Notes: generated by a model from the sequence alone, not told the origin. A stretch of 64,000 bases of DNA from Methanobacteriota archaeon (GCA_020697715.1 JAEHCO010000002.1:96001-160000), one strand, 5' to 3'; counted from the first letter of the stretch, positions 38,901 through 49,043 are shown. Program-made: numbers and translations.

Positions 38901-41900
38901 TACTACAATAAAATAGACCGCAATGGAAACACCCTCATTGGTCCAAATGAGCTCATATTCTATGACGGCAACACTGCAAACTCCAATGCACGTCCAGACC
39001 TGACAGTTGACAATAATGACAACCTGCATTTGGTATGGACTGATGAATACATGACCGGCGGAGATGACAATGACGGAGATGATGAATTATTCTACGCCAT
39101 GCTGGACAAGTTCGGTAACAAGCTCATCGACAGGACCATGATCTCCAATGATGATGATTATGTATCTCAGAGAGGTCAGGTAATGGTAGACTCACAGAAC
39201 ATCGTGCATGTTGTATGGAATGACAATGGAAATGACAATGATGGCCCGGAGGTCATGTACACCAAATTCAACCCATACGCGGATGACATGGACGGCGACA
39301 GGGCGATGATGGCAAACATGAGGTTAGTCCCGAACAAGTACATATCTGGATATGGTGTCAACACAGACGATGAGAAATCCCGACATCCATATACAGCAAT
39401 GGACTCCAATGACGAGATCCATGTAGTATGGCATGAGAAAGATCGGGATTATGAAGTGACATATGTCAAACTGGACAATGATGGAAACATTCTGGATAGA
39501 TTTGACATAACACCGTATGATATAATCGATGACCCCACATACGGTGATGAGCACAAGATAGCCGTGGATGCGAACAATATGCCACATATCGTCTGGGGAG
39601 ATGACTCCAATTATGATGTCGCGTACTACAACCCATACAATACCATGTACGGTTCCCTTACCATGAACATCAATGACAGTAATTTCATTGACCAAACTAC
39701 AGATGGTATCTACATAGATGAAACATACTTCATTGATCTGAACTTGAACATCAACAATTGCCTTTTCGAGGACAATGATGATGATGGAATTGAATTGGAT
39801 TGGATCGTTCAGAGAGAACATGAGACATCTACCATAAACATCCTGAACAGTGTATTCATCGATGACGATGTATCAACAGACACTGGTATCTACATCAACA
39901 ATATCGAAGGTGGAGACACTGTAGTGAACATAAGGAACAATGAATTCTACGGTGATGATCAGATGGATGCCATATACTGGGATTATACTAATGATGAGGC
40001 AGAAGATGATTCAGCAGATATACCCATTGGCTTTGTGTGGTTGAATGTAGAGGACAATTACTTCTACGAGTGTGATTACGGTCTGTACATATACGAGTTC
40101 TATTTCACAGACTACCTCATCAACTTCAACTACAATACCATGGAGCTGATCGATGATGAGGCCATCTACTTGGATACCATGGAGTCAAGCGCAGGAACCT
40201 TCAATGTCATAGGAAATGATCTGAACCAGGTGGATGACGGATTTTACTTGGACTACCCAGCATACTTCGATGACGCGCATGATATGGGCTATACCGAGGC
40301 CATGATGAGGCCGACATATCTGAACTTCATTGACAATACCATGTTGGGCGTGGAATACTACGGAATATATGTCTATGAGAATTACTACGCACCATTGTAT
40401 GTGAACATCGACAACTGCCATATCGAAGGAACTGGAGATGATTTCAGTAGTTTCTATGGTGTGTACATCTACTATGCATACTATGCCCCTATCCACGTGG
40501 ATATAAGGAATTCGTACATCGCGCACGGATACTATGGTTACTACATGTATGAAGAGGACTACACCTATATGACGACAAACATTGAGAACACTGTTTTTGA
40601 CGATGTCTATTACGGTCTATACATGGACTATCCAGCATACTATGAGTATCACAAGCTCACTATGACGGATGTGGATATAAATGTCTGTTATGGTGGAACT
40701 GGTATTGAGGTATACTATGCCTGCGATGATGATGGTGCTGTATTCGATATGATACTGGACAATGTGAACATCCACGCCTACGAAGGATATTCCTGGTACG
40801 GCGATGAGTATGATTACTACGACTACGGTATCTACTTCGATGAGTTCGATAATGGAAGGACCTATCTGACAATGACGGACTGTGACATCACTGGCTATGA
40901 TTCTGGTGGTGTTTATGCTGAGAATTACTACAGCGCGGGAACCCTATCTGCCTGGATATACGATTGTAACTTCGAGGATTTCCCAGGAGAAGCCGCACCT
41001 TCGGTCTACATAGATGCAGATGGTGATGAAGGTGGTGCAGTGGTCTATATAATCAGTTGTGACGGCGATCAGACCTACTACGTCTATGACGACGATGCCT
41101 ACTACACAAACTATGGACAGTACTGGGACTCGTATATCTACGAAGGATGGTGGCTGGACGTGGAAGTTCTAACCGGACAATACTTGAACATGGCTGCTGA
41201 GAATGTTGACATCAGTGTCTATGACACAGATGGCAGCTACATAACAGGTGGCTTGACGGATGGAACTGGCTGGGTCACAGACATGATCGCATACGAGATG
41301 GTCCTCTGGTCCAATGGTATCGAACAGAACAATCCATTCACCATTGTCGCAGATAATGGTGCAGTAACCGCATCTGCTATTGTTGACATATACGCCGATA
41401 CACAGATCACATTGACATTGACCGGAGACTGGGACGCGGATGGTCAGAACGACCAGATCGACCCGGACGACGACAATGACGGTGTCACGGATGTGAATGA
41501 CGCATTCCCTCAGGACCCGGCTGAATCTGCGGATTCCGATGGTGATGGCATTGGAGACAATGCTGATCTGGACGATGACATGGATGGCGACGGCATACCA
41601 GATGCCTCCGATTGGGACATAGATGGTGATCAAGTTGGAAACGACAATGATGCCTTCCCGTACGATGGATCTGAATGGAATGACATGGACGGAGACGGCA
41701 TTGGAGACAATACCGATGCAGACATCGATGGCGATGGCTTCAACAACACAGCACCAGTCAATGAGACAATTCCCGATGCCTTCCCGTACGACGGAAGCGA
41801 GTGGAGTGACATGGATGGAGACGGAGTTGGAGACAATTCTGACTGGGACATGGATGGAGACTTGATCGGAAACGATCAGGACGAATTCCCCGCAGACCCG

Positions 41901-42692
41901 ACCGAATCATCTGATATGGACGGCGATGGTATTGGAGACAATGCTGACACCGATGTAGATGGTGATGGTATTTCTGACGCAGTGGATGACTTCCCGACCA
42001 ATCCAAATGAATGGATGGACACCGATGGTGACGGAGTCGGAGATAACTCTGACTGGGACATTGATGGTGACGGCGTGGCCAATACCAACGATGACTTCCC
42101 ATACGGTGATGCCGACTGGAGAGATCTTGACGGCGATGGATTGGGAGACGGTGTTGACTCGGATATCGACGGTGACGGAATTGCCAATGTGGATGACGCA
42201 TTCTCATTCAATGCCGAGGAATGGACTGACACAGACGGTGATGGCATTGGAGACAATAAGGACTGGGATGTTGACGGCGATGGTGTGTCAAATGCCATGG
42301 ATGCCTTCCCATTCGACGAGGATGAATGGCTAGACTCCGATGGTGATCTAATAGGCAATAATGCGGACACCGACGATGACGGCGACGGAATATTGGATGC
42401 AGATGATGAAGCACCACTGTACTTCAATGTACCAGCAACTGTGATACCAGAATACCCAGAATCCCCGGAATACCCCGAATTCCCGGAGGACGAGCCAGAC
42501 ATGCCATTGTACTTGCTGTTGCTCATTCTGATTGTCACAATGGTACTTGTTCTTCTGGCCACCAATAAGGTCAAGGACAATACAGAGCCACCTCAGTCAG
42601 CCAAGCCAGAGACTCCAAAACCAGAAACACCAGAACCTGAGGCAGAAGAGCCAAAGGTCGAGGAGCCAAAAGCAGACCTCCCCGAGGAATAG
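35997..42692 (+). CDS. Giant acidic surface protein (2231 aa): parallel beta-helix repeats, propeller-like repeats, thrombospondin type-3-like Ca-binding repeats and a C-terminal TM anchor
   Basis: Signal peptide, N..I.NN.I..N...GI.L repeats, VDS.N.IH.VW repeats, about 12 DxDGDGxGDNxDxDxDGDG..DAFP..EW repeats, TM helix. GGAGG RBS. Confidence 0.9.
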   Translation: MKRSIAIILAIIMTATSMIAATNVVSANTGDPVELPPGSGYWETAGDWLVDSSTSFSNVEIWVQGDLTVNGASALLTLTNCLITIEGDLIVENAGTLTLRGTEARIFQPGIVDGVYNIYVRTGGVFTATDIDGIPSTDDGSFITAVGTTYEYDFTVESNAGAFILVNSEISECGYNDANPGLTIETNNVQMMDSRIFDSYNGTTFDGAALTSIYLKNMRFENNYNGVAVHHGAVVTFDDCWFYDSTLYEVSAIASDVYLYDTTIDCDHDSERGIWLYNNGTANVFNTRIMDANDYNIYVQYYSYLNIQDSNIFSASDDGIYIDDWSDADISNNEIFSNTDANIYLDDFSTAEIFNNDLFANGNSDEGVWVNDGSYANIYNNKIWDNGEEGIQVEDANASITNNWIYSNNWDGIYLNDADECYIADNEIIENAGGTGYAGIQVDGGSMWNDIENNLIQDSSYYNIRLEGNSHNNTFSDNTIYDITSSGSTYAGVYINGAGTRDNTFDSNTIKKNYYGIYMVNSPYNYFVDNNIDLNDYRGVYLNNADFNLFEYNTITRSGNGGANHGLYIEQTSGDNEFYNNSLSNMVNVLCNNGTVVDNTIFDYNYYSDYTGFDTTADWIGDTGDYTIPGTTLHYDTHPQTKISPAGGNATTYASIGTTLNIDTSRDIHLPAQTPNAGSRTIPQIGIWYENGLYMNDDDNPNNDNVYFHGDGPDRSFVDGYNSDNVFEFEDCDYIRFESLSIDNGSGDGIYWEFYEGEDVQIWDTDYNLNPQIDITNCEFESSGSDGIEIGEFDNYGFQYLSDTGDAFQPVNVFDLLGNQHIFWADPWDEDGSQIWYMMTDLNGNVLINGTAITPYNDDYDTKRPIPLVDSQNQINLVWKDDRFTHESIDTAHDLFFMRLNPYLDDRDGSPANPDVIKVVDDTQIITFPLDDDGYVSYENELQMAGADIDSEDNIHLFWCEEDIEDWLYYNKIDRNGNTLIGPNELIFYDGNTANSNARPDLTVDNNDNLHLVWTDEYMTGGDDNDGDDELFYAMLDKFGNKLIDRTMISNDDDYVSQRGQVMVDSQNIVHVVWNDNGNDNDGPEVMYTKFNPYADDMDGDRAMMANMRLVPNKYISGYGVNTDDEKSRHPYTAMDSNDEIHVVWHEKDRDYEVTYVKLDNDGNILDRFDITPYDIIDDPTYGDEHKIAVDANNMPHIVWGDDSNYDVAYYNPYNTMYGSLTMNINDSNFIDQTTDGIYIDETYFIDLNLNINNCLFEDNDDDGIELDWIVQREHETSTINILNSVFIDDDVSTDTGIYINNIEGGDTVVNIRNNEFYGDDQMDAIYWDYTNDEAEDDSADIPIGFVWLNVEDNYFYECDYGLYIYEFYFTDYLINFNYNTMELIDDEAIYLDTMESSAGTFNVIGNDLNQVDDGFYLDYPAYFDDAHDMGYTEAMMRPTYLNFIDNTMLGVEYYGIYVYENYYAPLYVNIDNCHIEGTGDDFSSFYGVYIYYAYYAPIHVDIRNSYIAHGYYGYYMYEEDYTYMTTNIENTVFDDVYYGLYMDYPAYYEYHKLTMTDVDINVCYGGTGIEVYYACDDDGAVFDMILDNVNIHAYEGYSWYGDEYDYYDYGIYFDEFDNGRTYLTMTDCDITGYDSGGVYAENYYSAGTLSAWIYDCNFEDFPGEAAPSVYIDADGDEGGAVVYIISCDGDQTYYVYDDDAYYTNYGQYWDSYIYEGWWLDVEVLTGQYLNMAAENVDISVYDTDGSYITGGLTDGTGWVTDMIAYEMVLWSNGIEQNNPFTIVADNGAVTASAIVDIYADTQITLTLTGDWDADGQNDQIDPDDDNDGVTDVNDAFPQDPAESADSDGDGIGDNADLDDDMDGDGIPDASDWDIDGDQVGNDNDAFPYDGSEWNDMDGDGIGDNTDADIDGDGFNNTAPVNETIPDAFPYDGSEWSDMDGDGVGDNSDWDMDGDLIGNDQDEFPADPTESSDMDGDGIGDNADTDVDGDGISDAVDDFPTNPNEWMDTDGDGVGDNSDWDIDGDGVANTNDDFPYGDADWRDLDGDGLGDGVDSDIDGDGIANVDDAFSFNAEEWTDTDGDGIGDNKDWDVDGDGVSNAMDAFPFDEDEWLDSDGDLIGNNADTDDDGDGILDADDEAPLYFNVPATVIPEYPESPEYPEFPEDEPDMPLYLLLLILIVTMVLVLLATNKVKDNTEPPQSAKPETPKPETPEPEAEEPKVEEPKADLPEE

Positions 42693-42701
42693 ACGGAAAA
42701 T

Positions 42702-42740
42702 GGGGAAGGCGTCCAGCCTTCCCCCCCTTTTACTTTTTTT
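42702..42740 (+). terminator. Hairpin and T-tract terminator
   Basis: ggggaaggc-gtcca-gccttcccc followed by ttttacttttttt. Confidence 0.7.
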
Positions 42741-42770
42741 AAAAAAATGTGACTATATCAATAATTTTGA

Positions 42771-43904
42771 CTAAGAATTGGAACTTATGAGTTCTTTGGT
42801 GGTCTCGATCAGCTTCTTTGACTTCGCATCCTCAAAGTGTTTCAAGGCCTGCTTGAGCTTCATCACGCCCTCGCCCTTCATATCATTCTTCAAGAGGCTT
42901 TTGGCAAGCTCAAGAACTATAACTCCACTATCATAAGGAATGCCAAGGCCAGTCATGATGCTTTCTGCCTTTTCCAGATGATCCAAGGCCTTGTCCCCAT
43001 TCCCATCCAGATCCTCCACCATGCCCTTTGACATATTTATATAGGCTTTTAGATATTTATCTTCCAGGTTACTGCCATTATTCTGAGCCAGATTGGCCAT
43101 TTCCCTGGCGGTCTTGGCGTTCCCTTGCCGTGCATGACACTCGGCAAGGTTGAAATATAGATATCCCAGGATGCGCTTATTGCCATCCTGGCCTATGACC
43201 TCCAGGCCCTCATTGAATTTCTCGATGGCCTTGTCATATTCCTCGATTATCTTGTAGGTCTCACCATGATTGTTGAGCACCCTGGTGAGGTCGAAGGAAT
43301 TGTCCTCTCTCTGGTATGCGTCAATGGCCTTCTGGTTGACTTCCAGGGCTTTATCATATTCACCCATGTCATTGTAAGTGCTGGATAGAAGACCCGCGGC
43401 CTTGCCTATGAGGTCGTCATTCTCTATCGTCTCACCGATCTCCAATGCCTGCTTCCCCTTGGCAATGGCCTCCATACTATTTCCCATTCTCCAGAACACG
43501 ATGCCAAGGCCAGACTCTGCCAGGCCAAGGTGATATGGATTGGAGAAGTTCCTTACTATCTTCTCCACATCTTCGTACTTGGCCTTTGCTTTGTCAAACT
43601 TCCCACTCCTGGCAAAGATGTCCCCGATCTTGATCATTGACTCTGCCTTGTAGATCAAGTCCCTCTGGCCATCTGCAAGTCTAACGATCCTCTCAAGGCT
43701 TATTATCGAGTCGAACCAGCGGCCAAGCCTGCTGTCAGAATCTGCCAGTATATCCAAAAGCTTGATAGTGGCTTTGATAGATGCGATATCTTCTGACATC
43801 TCCAATTGCTTGATCCCTTTTCTGCAGAGTTCTTTCGCTGTTTCGTAATCGGCCTCATCAAAGGATGTCTTTGCCTGGATAATGATGTCTTCTGCAGGAC
43901 TCAT
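42771..43904 (-). CDS. Tetratricopeptide repeat protein (MalT-like TPR)
   Basis: Repeated A...G.....G.(Y/F)DKA helical units at about 40-aa spacing. Confidence 0.85.
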   Translation of the reverse strand: MSPAEDIIIQAKTSFDEADYETAKELCRKGIKQLEMSEDIASIKATIKLLDILADSDSRLGRWFDSIISLERIVRLADGQRDLIYKAESMIKIGDIFARSGKFDKAKAKYEDVEKIVRNFSNPYHLGLAESGLGIVFWRMGNSMEAIAKGKQALEIGETIENDDLIGKAAGLLSSTYNDMGEYDKALEVNQKAIDAYQREDNSFDLTRVLNNHGETYKIIEEYDKAIEKFNEGLEVIGQDGNKRILGYLYFNLAECHARQGNAKTAREMANLAQNNGSNLEDKYLKAYINMSKGMVEDLDGNGDKALDHLEKAESIMTGLGIPYDSGVIVLELAKSLLKNDMKGEGVMKLKQALKHFEDAKSKKLIETTKELISSNS

Positions 43905-44073
43905 ATAATAACTATATTGATATTCAACTATATAACGGCTTTTGAGTATGGGATATTAAAAAATGGACAAATTTACCTGATTTTATGCCATTTTGCTCAA
44001 TCCTCAGGGTTTCAATGCAATGGGATGACACCATCATATCTTTATACCCTGGCAAAGTTCATCATTCGATAAT

Positions 44074-44826
44074 ATGACAAATGAACTGAAAGGCAAAATA
44101 GCCATTGTCACCGGGGCATCCAGAGGTATTGGAAGAGGTATAGCCATCGAGCTGGCAAAAAAAGGAGCCACGATAATCGGTATCTTCACACAGAATACCG
44201 ATATGGCCGAGAAAACCAGAGCCGAAATAGAGGCTCTGGGTGCGAAAGTCAAATTCTACCAATGTGATGTTAGCAGCCAGGCTGATGTGGAGAAGACCTC
44301 GAATTTGATCTTGAACGAATTTGAGACCGTGGACATCCTGGTGAACAATGCCGGTGTTCACCAGCATCTCAGATCCTGGGAGCTTGGTATCGAGGACTGG
44401 CAGAAAGTGATTGACATCAATCTGACTGGCACCTTCATGGTGGCCAAGGCTTTTATTCCGCACATGAGGTCGAAAAAAATGGGCAAGATCATCAATATTT
44501 CATCATGTGTCGCATACACTGGCACAGACCATGAGGTTCATTATGCGGCTTCCAAGGCGGGTGTCATTGGCCTTACAAAATCTCTGGCACTGGAGCTTGC
44601 TGGCGACGGGATAAATGTCAATGCCATAGCTCCTGGGTATATCGAAACAGATATGGTTGTTTTCGATTCTGAAGAGGATAGAGGCAGAACTATCGAGACT
44701 ATTCCAAAACTTAGGCTGGGACAGCCCAGTGATATTGGAAAAGCGGTCGTGTTCCTCGCAACCAGTGATTCGGATTATATCACTGGCGAGATCCTGCATG
44801 TGAACGGCGGATTGTTGATGGCTTGA
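44074..44826 (+). CDS. fabG: Short-chain dehydrogenase/reductase, FabG-like
   Basis: TGASRGIG, NNAG, NISS, YAASK, NAIAPGYIET. Substrate uncertain. Confidence 0.85.
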   Translation: MTNELKGKIAIVTGASRGIGRGIAIELAKKGATIIGIFTQNTDMAEKTRAEIEALGAKVKFYQCDVSSQADVEKTSNLILNEFETVDILVNNAGVHQHLRSWELGIEDWQKVIDINLTGTFMVAKAFIPHMRSKKMGKIINISSCVAYTGTDHEVHYAASKAGVIGLTKSLALELAGDGINVNAIAPGYIETDMVVFDSEEDRGRTIETIPKLRLGQPSDIGKAVVFLATSDSDYITGEILHVNGGLLMA

Positions 44827-44901
44827 GTTAACGATTTCAGCAAAGCCCTTAAATCCATTGAATAATTTGGGTGTGCATTGAGATCATAATAGGATGATAT
44901 A

Positions 44902-46413
44902 ATGGATGAAGATTTTAAAACACTGAACAGCAAGCTTTCCGAGATAGGCGATATTGGAGCAGCCATTGCTCTGATGTACTGGGATCAATCAACTTACATG
45001 CCAGAGGGCAGCGCGATGGCTCGTGGCAAACAACTGGGCACATTGAGCAAGATGTCCCACGAGATGTTCGTAGATCCTTCCATCGGCCAGTTGCTGAAAA
45101 AACTGGCCGACATGGAGAGTTCCAATCCTTATGATTCCTTCGCAGCGAGTATTATCAGGGTGACAAAACGCGAATATGACAAGGCCACGAAAGTTCCTTC
45201 GGAGCTTGTTTCCCGAATATCCAAGCACAATGCGGAGAAGGGCCAGGCATGGACAAAAGCCCGCCCCGCCAATGATTTCACTATGGTCCAACCATACTTG
45301 GCGAAGACAGTTGACTATGGTCGGGAGCTGGCAGATTGCTTCCCAGGATACGAGCACATTGCCGATCCTCTGATAGACTCCGCGGATTATGGCATGAAGG
45401 CATCCAGTATCCGAAAACTCTTCTCCGAACTAAGAGAAGAATTAGTACCGATGGTCAGGAAGATAACGGAATGCGAGCCTATTGATGATTCTTTCTTCAA
45501 ACAGGCCTATGACAAGGATATGCAATTCGAATTCGGCAAGATGCTGGCCAAGGATATCGGCTACAGTTTTGATACTGGCAGGGAGGACATGGCTCCTCAT
45601 CCTTTCACTATCTCATTCTCCATACACGATGTGCGAATAACAACGAGGATCGATCCGAATGATCCTCGGGACGCGCTTTTCAGCACAGTTCACGAAGCTG
45701 GGCATGGGATGTACGAACAGGGTGTGGATCCAGCCTTCGAAGGCACGGCTCTGGCAGGAGGAACTTCATCCGGAGTACATGAGTCTCAATCCCGCCTTTG
45801 GGAGAACATCGTGGGCAGGAGCAAGGGCTTCTGGAAATTCTATTATCCAAAGCTCCAGAAGCAGTTCTCGGTACAGCTCAGCAATGTCACGCTGGATCAG
45901 TTCTACAAGGGCGTGAACAAAGTGGATCGCTCACTCATCAGGACAGATGCTGATGAGGTCACGTACAATCTTCATGTGATGTTGAGGTTCGACTTGGAGC
46001 TAGACATGCTGGAAGGAAAGCTGGACACGGCCGACCTTGCAGATGAATGGAAAAAGAGATTCAAGGCCGACATGGGCATTGAAGTTCCGAATGACACGGA
46101 CGGAGTTCTCCAGGATATTCATTGGTACCACAGCATGATCGGCGGCCAGTTCCAGGGTTACACACTGGGAAATGTCATGGCTTCCCAGTTCTACGAAGCG
46201 GCTTTGAAAGCGCATCCTGAAATTCCAAGGCAGATAGAGAATGGCAAGTTCGATACGCTACACACATGGCTTAAGAACATGATATACCAGCATGGAAGCA
46301 AGTTCACTGCAAATGAACTTGTTGAGCAGGTCACTGGAAAGCCTTTGACCATCGAGCCTTACATGAAGTATCTTAAGGAAAAATACAGTGAGATATACGG
46401 GATCCAGCTATAG
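44902..46413 (+). CDS. Carboxypeptidase, family M32 (Taq-like)
   Basis: HPF, DVRITTR, HEAGH, HESQSRLWEN, IRTDADEVTY, QDIHW, YTLG. Confidence 0.95.
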   Translation: MDEDFKTLNSKLSEIGDIGAAIALMYWDQSTYMPEGSAMARGKQLGTLSKMSHEMFVDPSIGQLLKKLADMESSNPYDSFAASIIRVTKREYDKATKVPSELVSRISKHNAEKGQAWTKARPANDFTMVQPYLAKTVDYGRELADCFPGYEHIADPLIDSADYGMKASSIRKLFSELREELVPMVRKITECEPIDDSFFKQAYDKDMQFEFGKMLAKDIGYSFDTGREDMAPHPFTISFSIHDVRITTRIDPNDPRDALFSTVHEAGHGMYEQGVDPAFEGTALAGGTSSGVHESQSRLWENIVGRSKGFWKFYYPKLQKQFSVQLSNVTLDQFYKGVNKVDRSLIRTDADEVTYNLHVMLRFDLELDMLEGKLDTADLADEWKKRFKADMGIEVPNDTDGVLQDIHWYHSMIGGQFQGYTLGNVMASQFYEAALKAHPEIPRQIENGKFDTLHTWLKNMIYQHGSKFTANELVEQVTGKPLTIEPYMKYLKEKYSEIYGIQL

Positions 46414-46758
46414 GTCCTTTCTTATCGCTTCAAGGTTCTCTTTCGCCTCAGGAACCATATCCAGCAATCCACTGACAAGGTCGCATGCGAAATCATCACA
46501 ATGCGCGCAGTTCTCCACATCTTTTGTCTTACAGCATGACCTTATCTTACATTCGAAGCAATGCCGGAACTTCGCACCGTCATCATTAAGACAGCCAGAG
46601 CAATTTATGTCCTCTGGCTTGATATCCGCTTTGTATATCTCGGACCATTCCTTCGCGGCCTCTATTCGGAGACTTTCATCATCATTCGCAAAGGCTTTGA
46701 AGGCGGGGCATTCATGGCATGCCAGACCACAATGAGCGATTAATTTTTCTTCAGACAT
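46408..46758 (-). CDS. DUF3795 family Cys-rich protein
   Basis: CGL.C.EC, C.GC, C..C.IR.CC, NCAHCDDF.C. Confidence 0.85.
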   Translation of the reverse strand: MSEEKLIAHCGLACHECPAFKAFANDDESLRIEAAKEWSEIYKADIKPEDINCSGCLNDDGAKFRHCFECKIRSCCKTKDVENCAHCDDFACDLVSGLLDMVPEAKENLEAIRKDL

Positions 46759-46813
46759 GGTATCTATTTGATATTGGCTGGGTGGTATAAGTCATTTCCG
46801 CAAAGGCCGAGTT

Positions 46814-47440
46814 CTATTCATCAATCGACCCTATAATCATATTGAAATTATTATATTTATTATAATATTTATGCGCAAGGATAAATAGCCAAATTGCTGC
46901 TGGAAATACCGTGATGGCCTCTGGAATGGCCCATGCCTCATTTCCACCCATGAGTGCCCAACCAGCTATTCCCATCAGCCCAAATATTATGCCGAGAATA
47001 CCGAGCATCCGTAGCTCAGTGTCTTTCATCATCGACAGGCCCAGGATGATGTAAGCCAGCAATACCAGGACAAAGAAGGACATCGCGAAGATGAAATGGA
47101 TAGTATATGTGGCGTCGGCCATTGTGAAAGCACCGATCCCAACAAGGGCGATGGAAGCCAGTATCATGAAAAGACTACCAATCCTCATGCCCATTTTCTC
47201 CTTGCCAGTGTTCAGAAGTAGCCCAATGGAAAAGAGGAGATAAAATACACCGCATATTATCAGGCTAGCATTGAAAAAAATCCCATATTCCATGATCCCC
47301 AGATCGCTGAGTGCGTGCTCGCTCCAGCTAAAACTTGGTGACAGGGCCATGGATATGAAGATACCAATGATCGCGACAGCTGGGCCGGCCATTCCTAGCT
47401 GGGCTGTCTTTTTAGTTCCGAGAACAGTCTTTAGATACAC
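46814..47440 (-). CDS. DUF998 family membrane protein
   Basis: FSW...ALSDLG, FN..LI, L.GIG.F, H..FA..FF, AIPE. Confidence 0.8.
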   Translation of the reverse strand: MYLKTVLGTKKTAQLGMAGPAVAIIGIFISMALSPSFSWSEHALSDLGIMEYGIFFNASLIICGVFYLLFSIGLLLNTGKEKMGMRIGSLFMILASIALVGIGAFTMADATYTIHFIFAMSFFVLVLLAYIILGLSMMKDTELRMLGILGIIFGLMGIAGWALMGGNEAWAIPEAITVFPAAIWLFILAHKYYNKYNNFNMIIGSIDE

Positions 47441-47520
47441 ATGTTGGGAATGATCACACTCTCTAATAAGCTTATGTGGAATTGGTTTGCAGCTTGACCA
47501 GAGAGCGGTTCATCCAGATC

Positions 47521-47772
47521 TCATTGATCTATCATGGCTTTTGCAATGAGTGCGTCAGTCAGCCTCTTCAGGCATTCTTTTTGGTAGGCCTCATTGTATA
47601 TCGCGCCTTCTATTATATTCGTTATCAAAGATCTGATCTCAGCTTCGGTCAGTCGGTCAATGGTATTGTGAAGATCTTTCACTTGCTTCCTAACCACGAA
47701 CTTGCCCATTGGTCCGGAGTATTCCATCACGATGTTTTCGATATCTTCCAGATTGATTTTTTCCATGGGCAT
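47521..47772 (-). CDS. Small helical hypothetical protein, partner of the HAMP protein
   Basis: Starts 5 bp after the HAMP gene stop with a GGTGG RBS. Contains YSGPMGKFVVRKQ. Confidence 0.7.
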   Translation of the reverse strand: MPMEKINLEDIENIVMEYSGPMGKFVVRKQVKDLHNTIDRLTEAEIRSLITNIIEGAIYNEAYQKECLKRLTDALIAKAMIDQ

Positions 47773-47777
47773 CCCAC

Positions 47778-48554
47778 CTATTCCTTTCCTTCCATTGCTT
47801 CGATCGCCAATTTCACGCTATTGATCATCCTATTGAAGGACTTGGCAAGAGTTCCGATCTCATCATCTCCTTCTATATCCAGGAACTCCACATCCTTCTT
47901 GCCAGAGCTTACATCATCCGCGGCTTTTGTCATCAACACTATCGGATCAGATATGCTCTTTGATACCGAGAATGTGAATATCAGGCCAAAAACAAGGACC
48001 AATATCATCATGATAATAATGAGTTGATTTGCAAAAGCCAGAGAATCTTGCAATTCGACAATCTGGGTGTCCATATCTTCCTTTGCTTCATCCTCTATTC
48101 CACTTAGATATTCCTTGAATTCCTCGGTCTGCTCATCCATCTCTTCAACAGATTCATCGACCGCGGCATCATTGCCAGTATCAACAACCATGCATACTTC
48201 TGATATTGTTTCGTAAAATTCATCCATAGAGGAATCTACCTCATCAAGGATAGCCTGTTCGAATAGTCCCGAGTTCTCCATCCCCAAAGTATTTGATTCA
48301 ATCTCTTCTTTGAATTCCTCGATCTCTTCAATGGCCTCAGGCTCCTCGTTCACATAGCACATTGTAGCACCCTGTATTGCATAGATATTTGTTCTCAGGT
48401 CCATGATGGACTTCGAGCCTTCCCAGTATTTGTGATCTATTTCCTCTAATTGGTTTGCAGTATCATTGTTCATGTAAAGGGCTACGCCCCCGATCATGGC
48501 GACCAGCATGATTATTGTGAGATATCCTGCTAATAATTTCGTTCTTATCTTCAA
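47778..48554 (-). CDS. Membrane sensor: MCP-type four-helix periplasmic domain and HAMP, with no output domain
   Basis: MKIRTKLL..Y + TM1, acidic helical bundle, TM2, HAMP (ISDPIV.M..AA..VS.G...DEIGTLAKSFNRM), stop about 13 aa later. GGAGG + TTG start. Confidence 0.85.
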   Translation of the reverse strand: MKIRTKLLAGYLTIIMLVAMIGGVALYMNNDTANQLEEIDHKYWEGSKSIMDLRTNIYAIQGATMCYVNEEPEAIEEIEEFKEEIESNTLGMENSGLFEQAILDEVDSSMDEFYETISEVCMVVDTGNDAAVDESVEEMDEQTEEFKEYLSGIEDEAKEDMDTQIVELQDSLAFANQLIIIMMILVLVFGLIFTFSVSKSISDPIVLMTKAADDVSSGKKDVEFLDIEGDDEIGTLAKSFNRMINSVKLAIEAMEGKE

Positions 48555-48813
48555 GTTAAAACCCTCCTAAGGTTAACTATCGTCAACGTTAACTATCATT
48601 AAATAATTTTCGCTGAAATGTTAGATGTTGCGATAAGAACATAACAAAAAGACAATGTAAGGCTATAAACGAAAATGTAATATTAACTGTGGTTAATGGT
48701 GACATTATAACAATAATATGCCTATTTTTCAAGATAGCTAAAGCTCGTCTGGTAGCCCAGTAAAAACAATAAAAAAACAGCTAAATGATTTAACAACAAC
48801 GATGAGTGAATTC

Positions 48814-48920
48814 AGGGAAGAAAGGGGCCGGAGCAAAAGGTAATGTAGGAACATCGGTCCTTTAGCTCTAGCCCCTCCCTTTCAGCTCTGCTGGTATATG
48901 CTGAAGGTCGCTGAAAAACA
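48814..48920 (-). ncRNA. Candidate small RNA 1 (long hairpin)
   Basis: Minus-strand cgaaat-tg-tttatact BRE/TATA at 48956-48941. Stem ggggc-tagagc-aaagg...ccttt-gctccg-gcccc. Confidence 0.35.
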
Positions 48921-48972
48921 AAGTGATCAAACATGAATGTAGTATAAACAATTTCGAATACTCTTTATAATA

Positions 48973-49043
48973 ATAGGGAAGGGAGGGGCTAGCCTTGTCA
49001 GAAGGGATGGGATGCACTCTAACAACTAGCCCAAAATCCCTAT
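48973..49043 (-). ncRNA. Candidate small RNA 2 (71-nt rod-like hairpin with C/U-rich loops)
   Basis: Minus-strand caaaagta-ttatatataa promoter at 49078-49061. Stems ataggga/tccctat, gggctag/ctagccc and ttgttaga/tctgacaa (G-U valid only on the minus strand). Confidence 0.45.

Noticed and set aside
41420-42420. Periodic repeats as a CRISPR array
   Set aside because: The repeats are degenerate, in frame, and encode TSP3-like DxDGDG motifs. There are no unique spacers and no cas genes.
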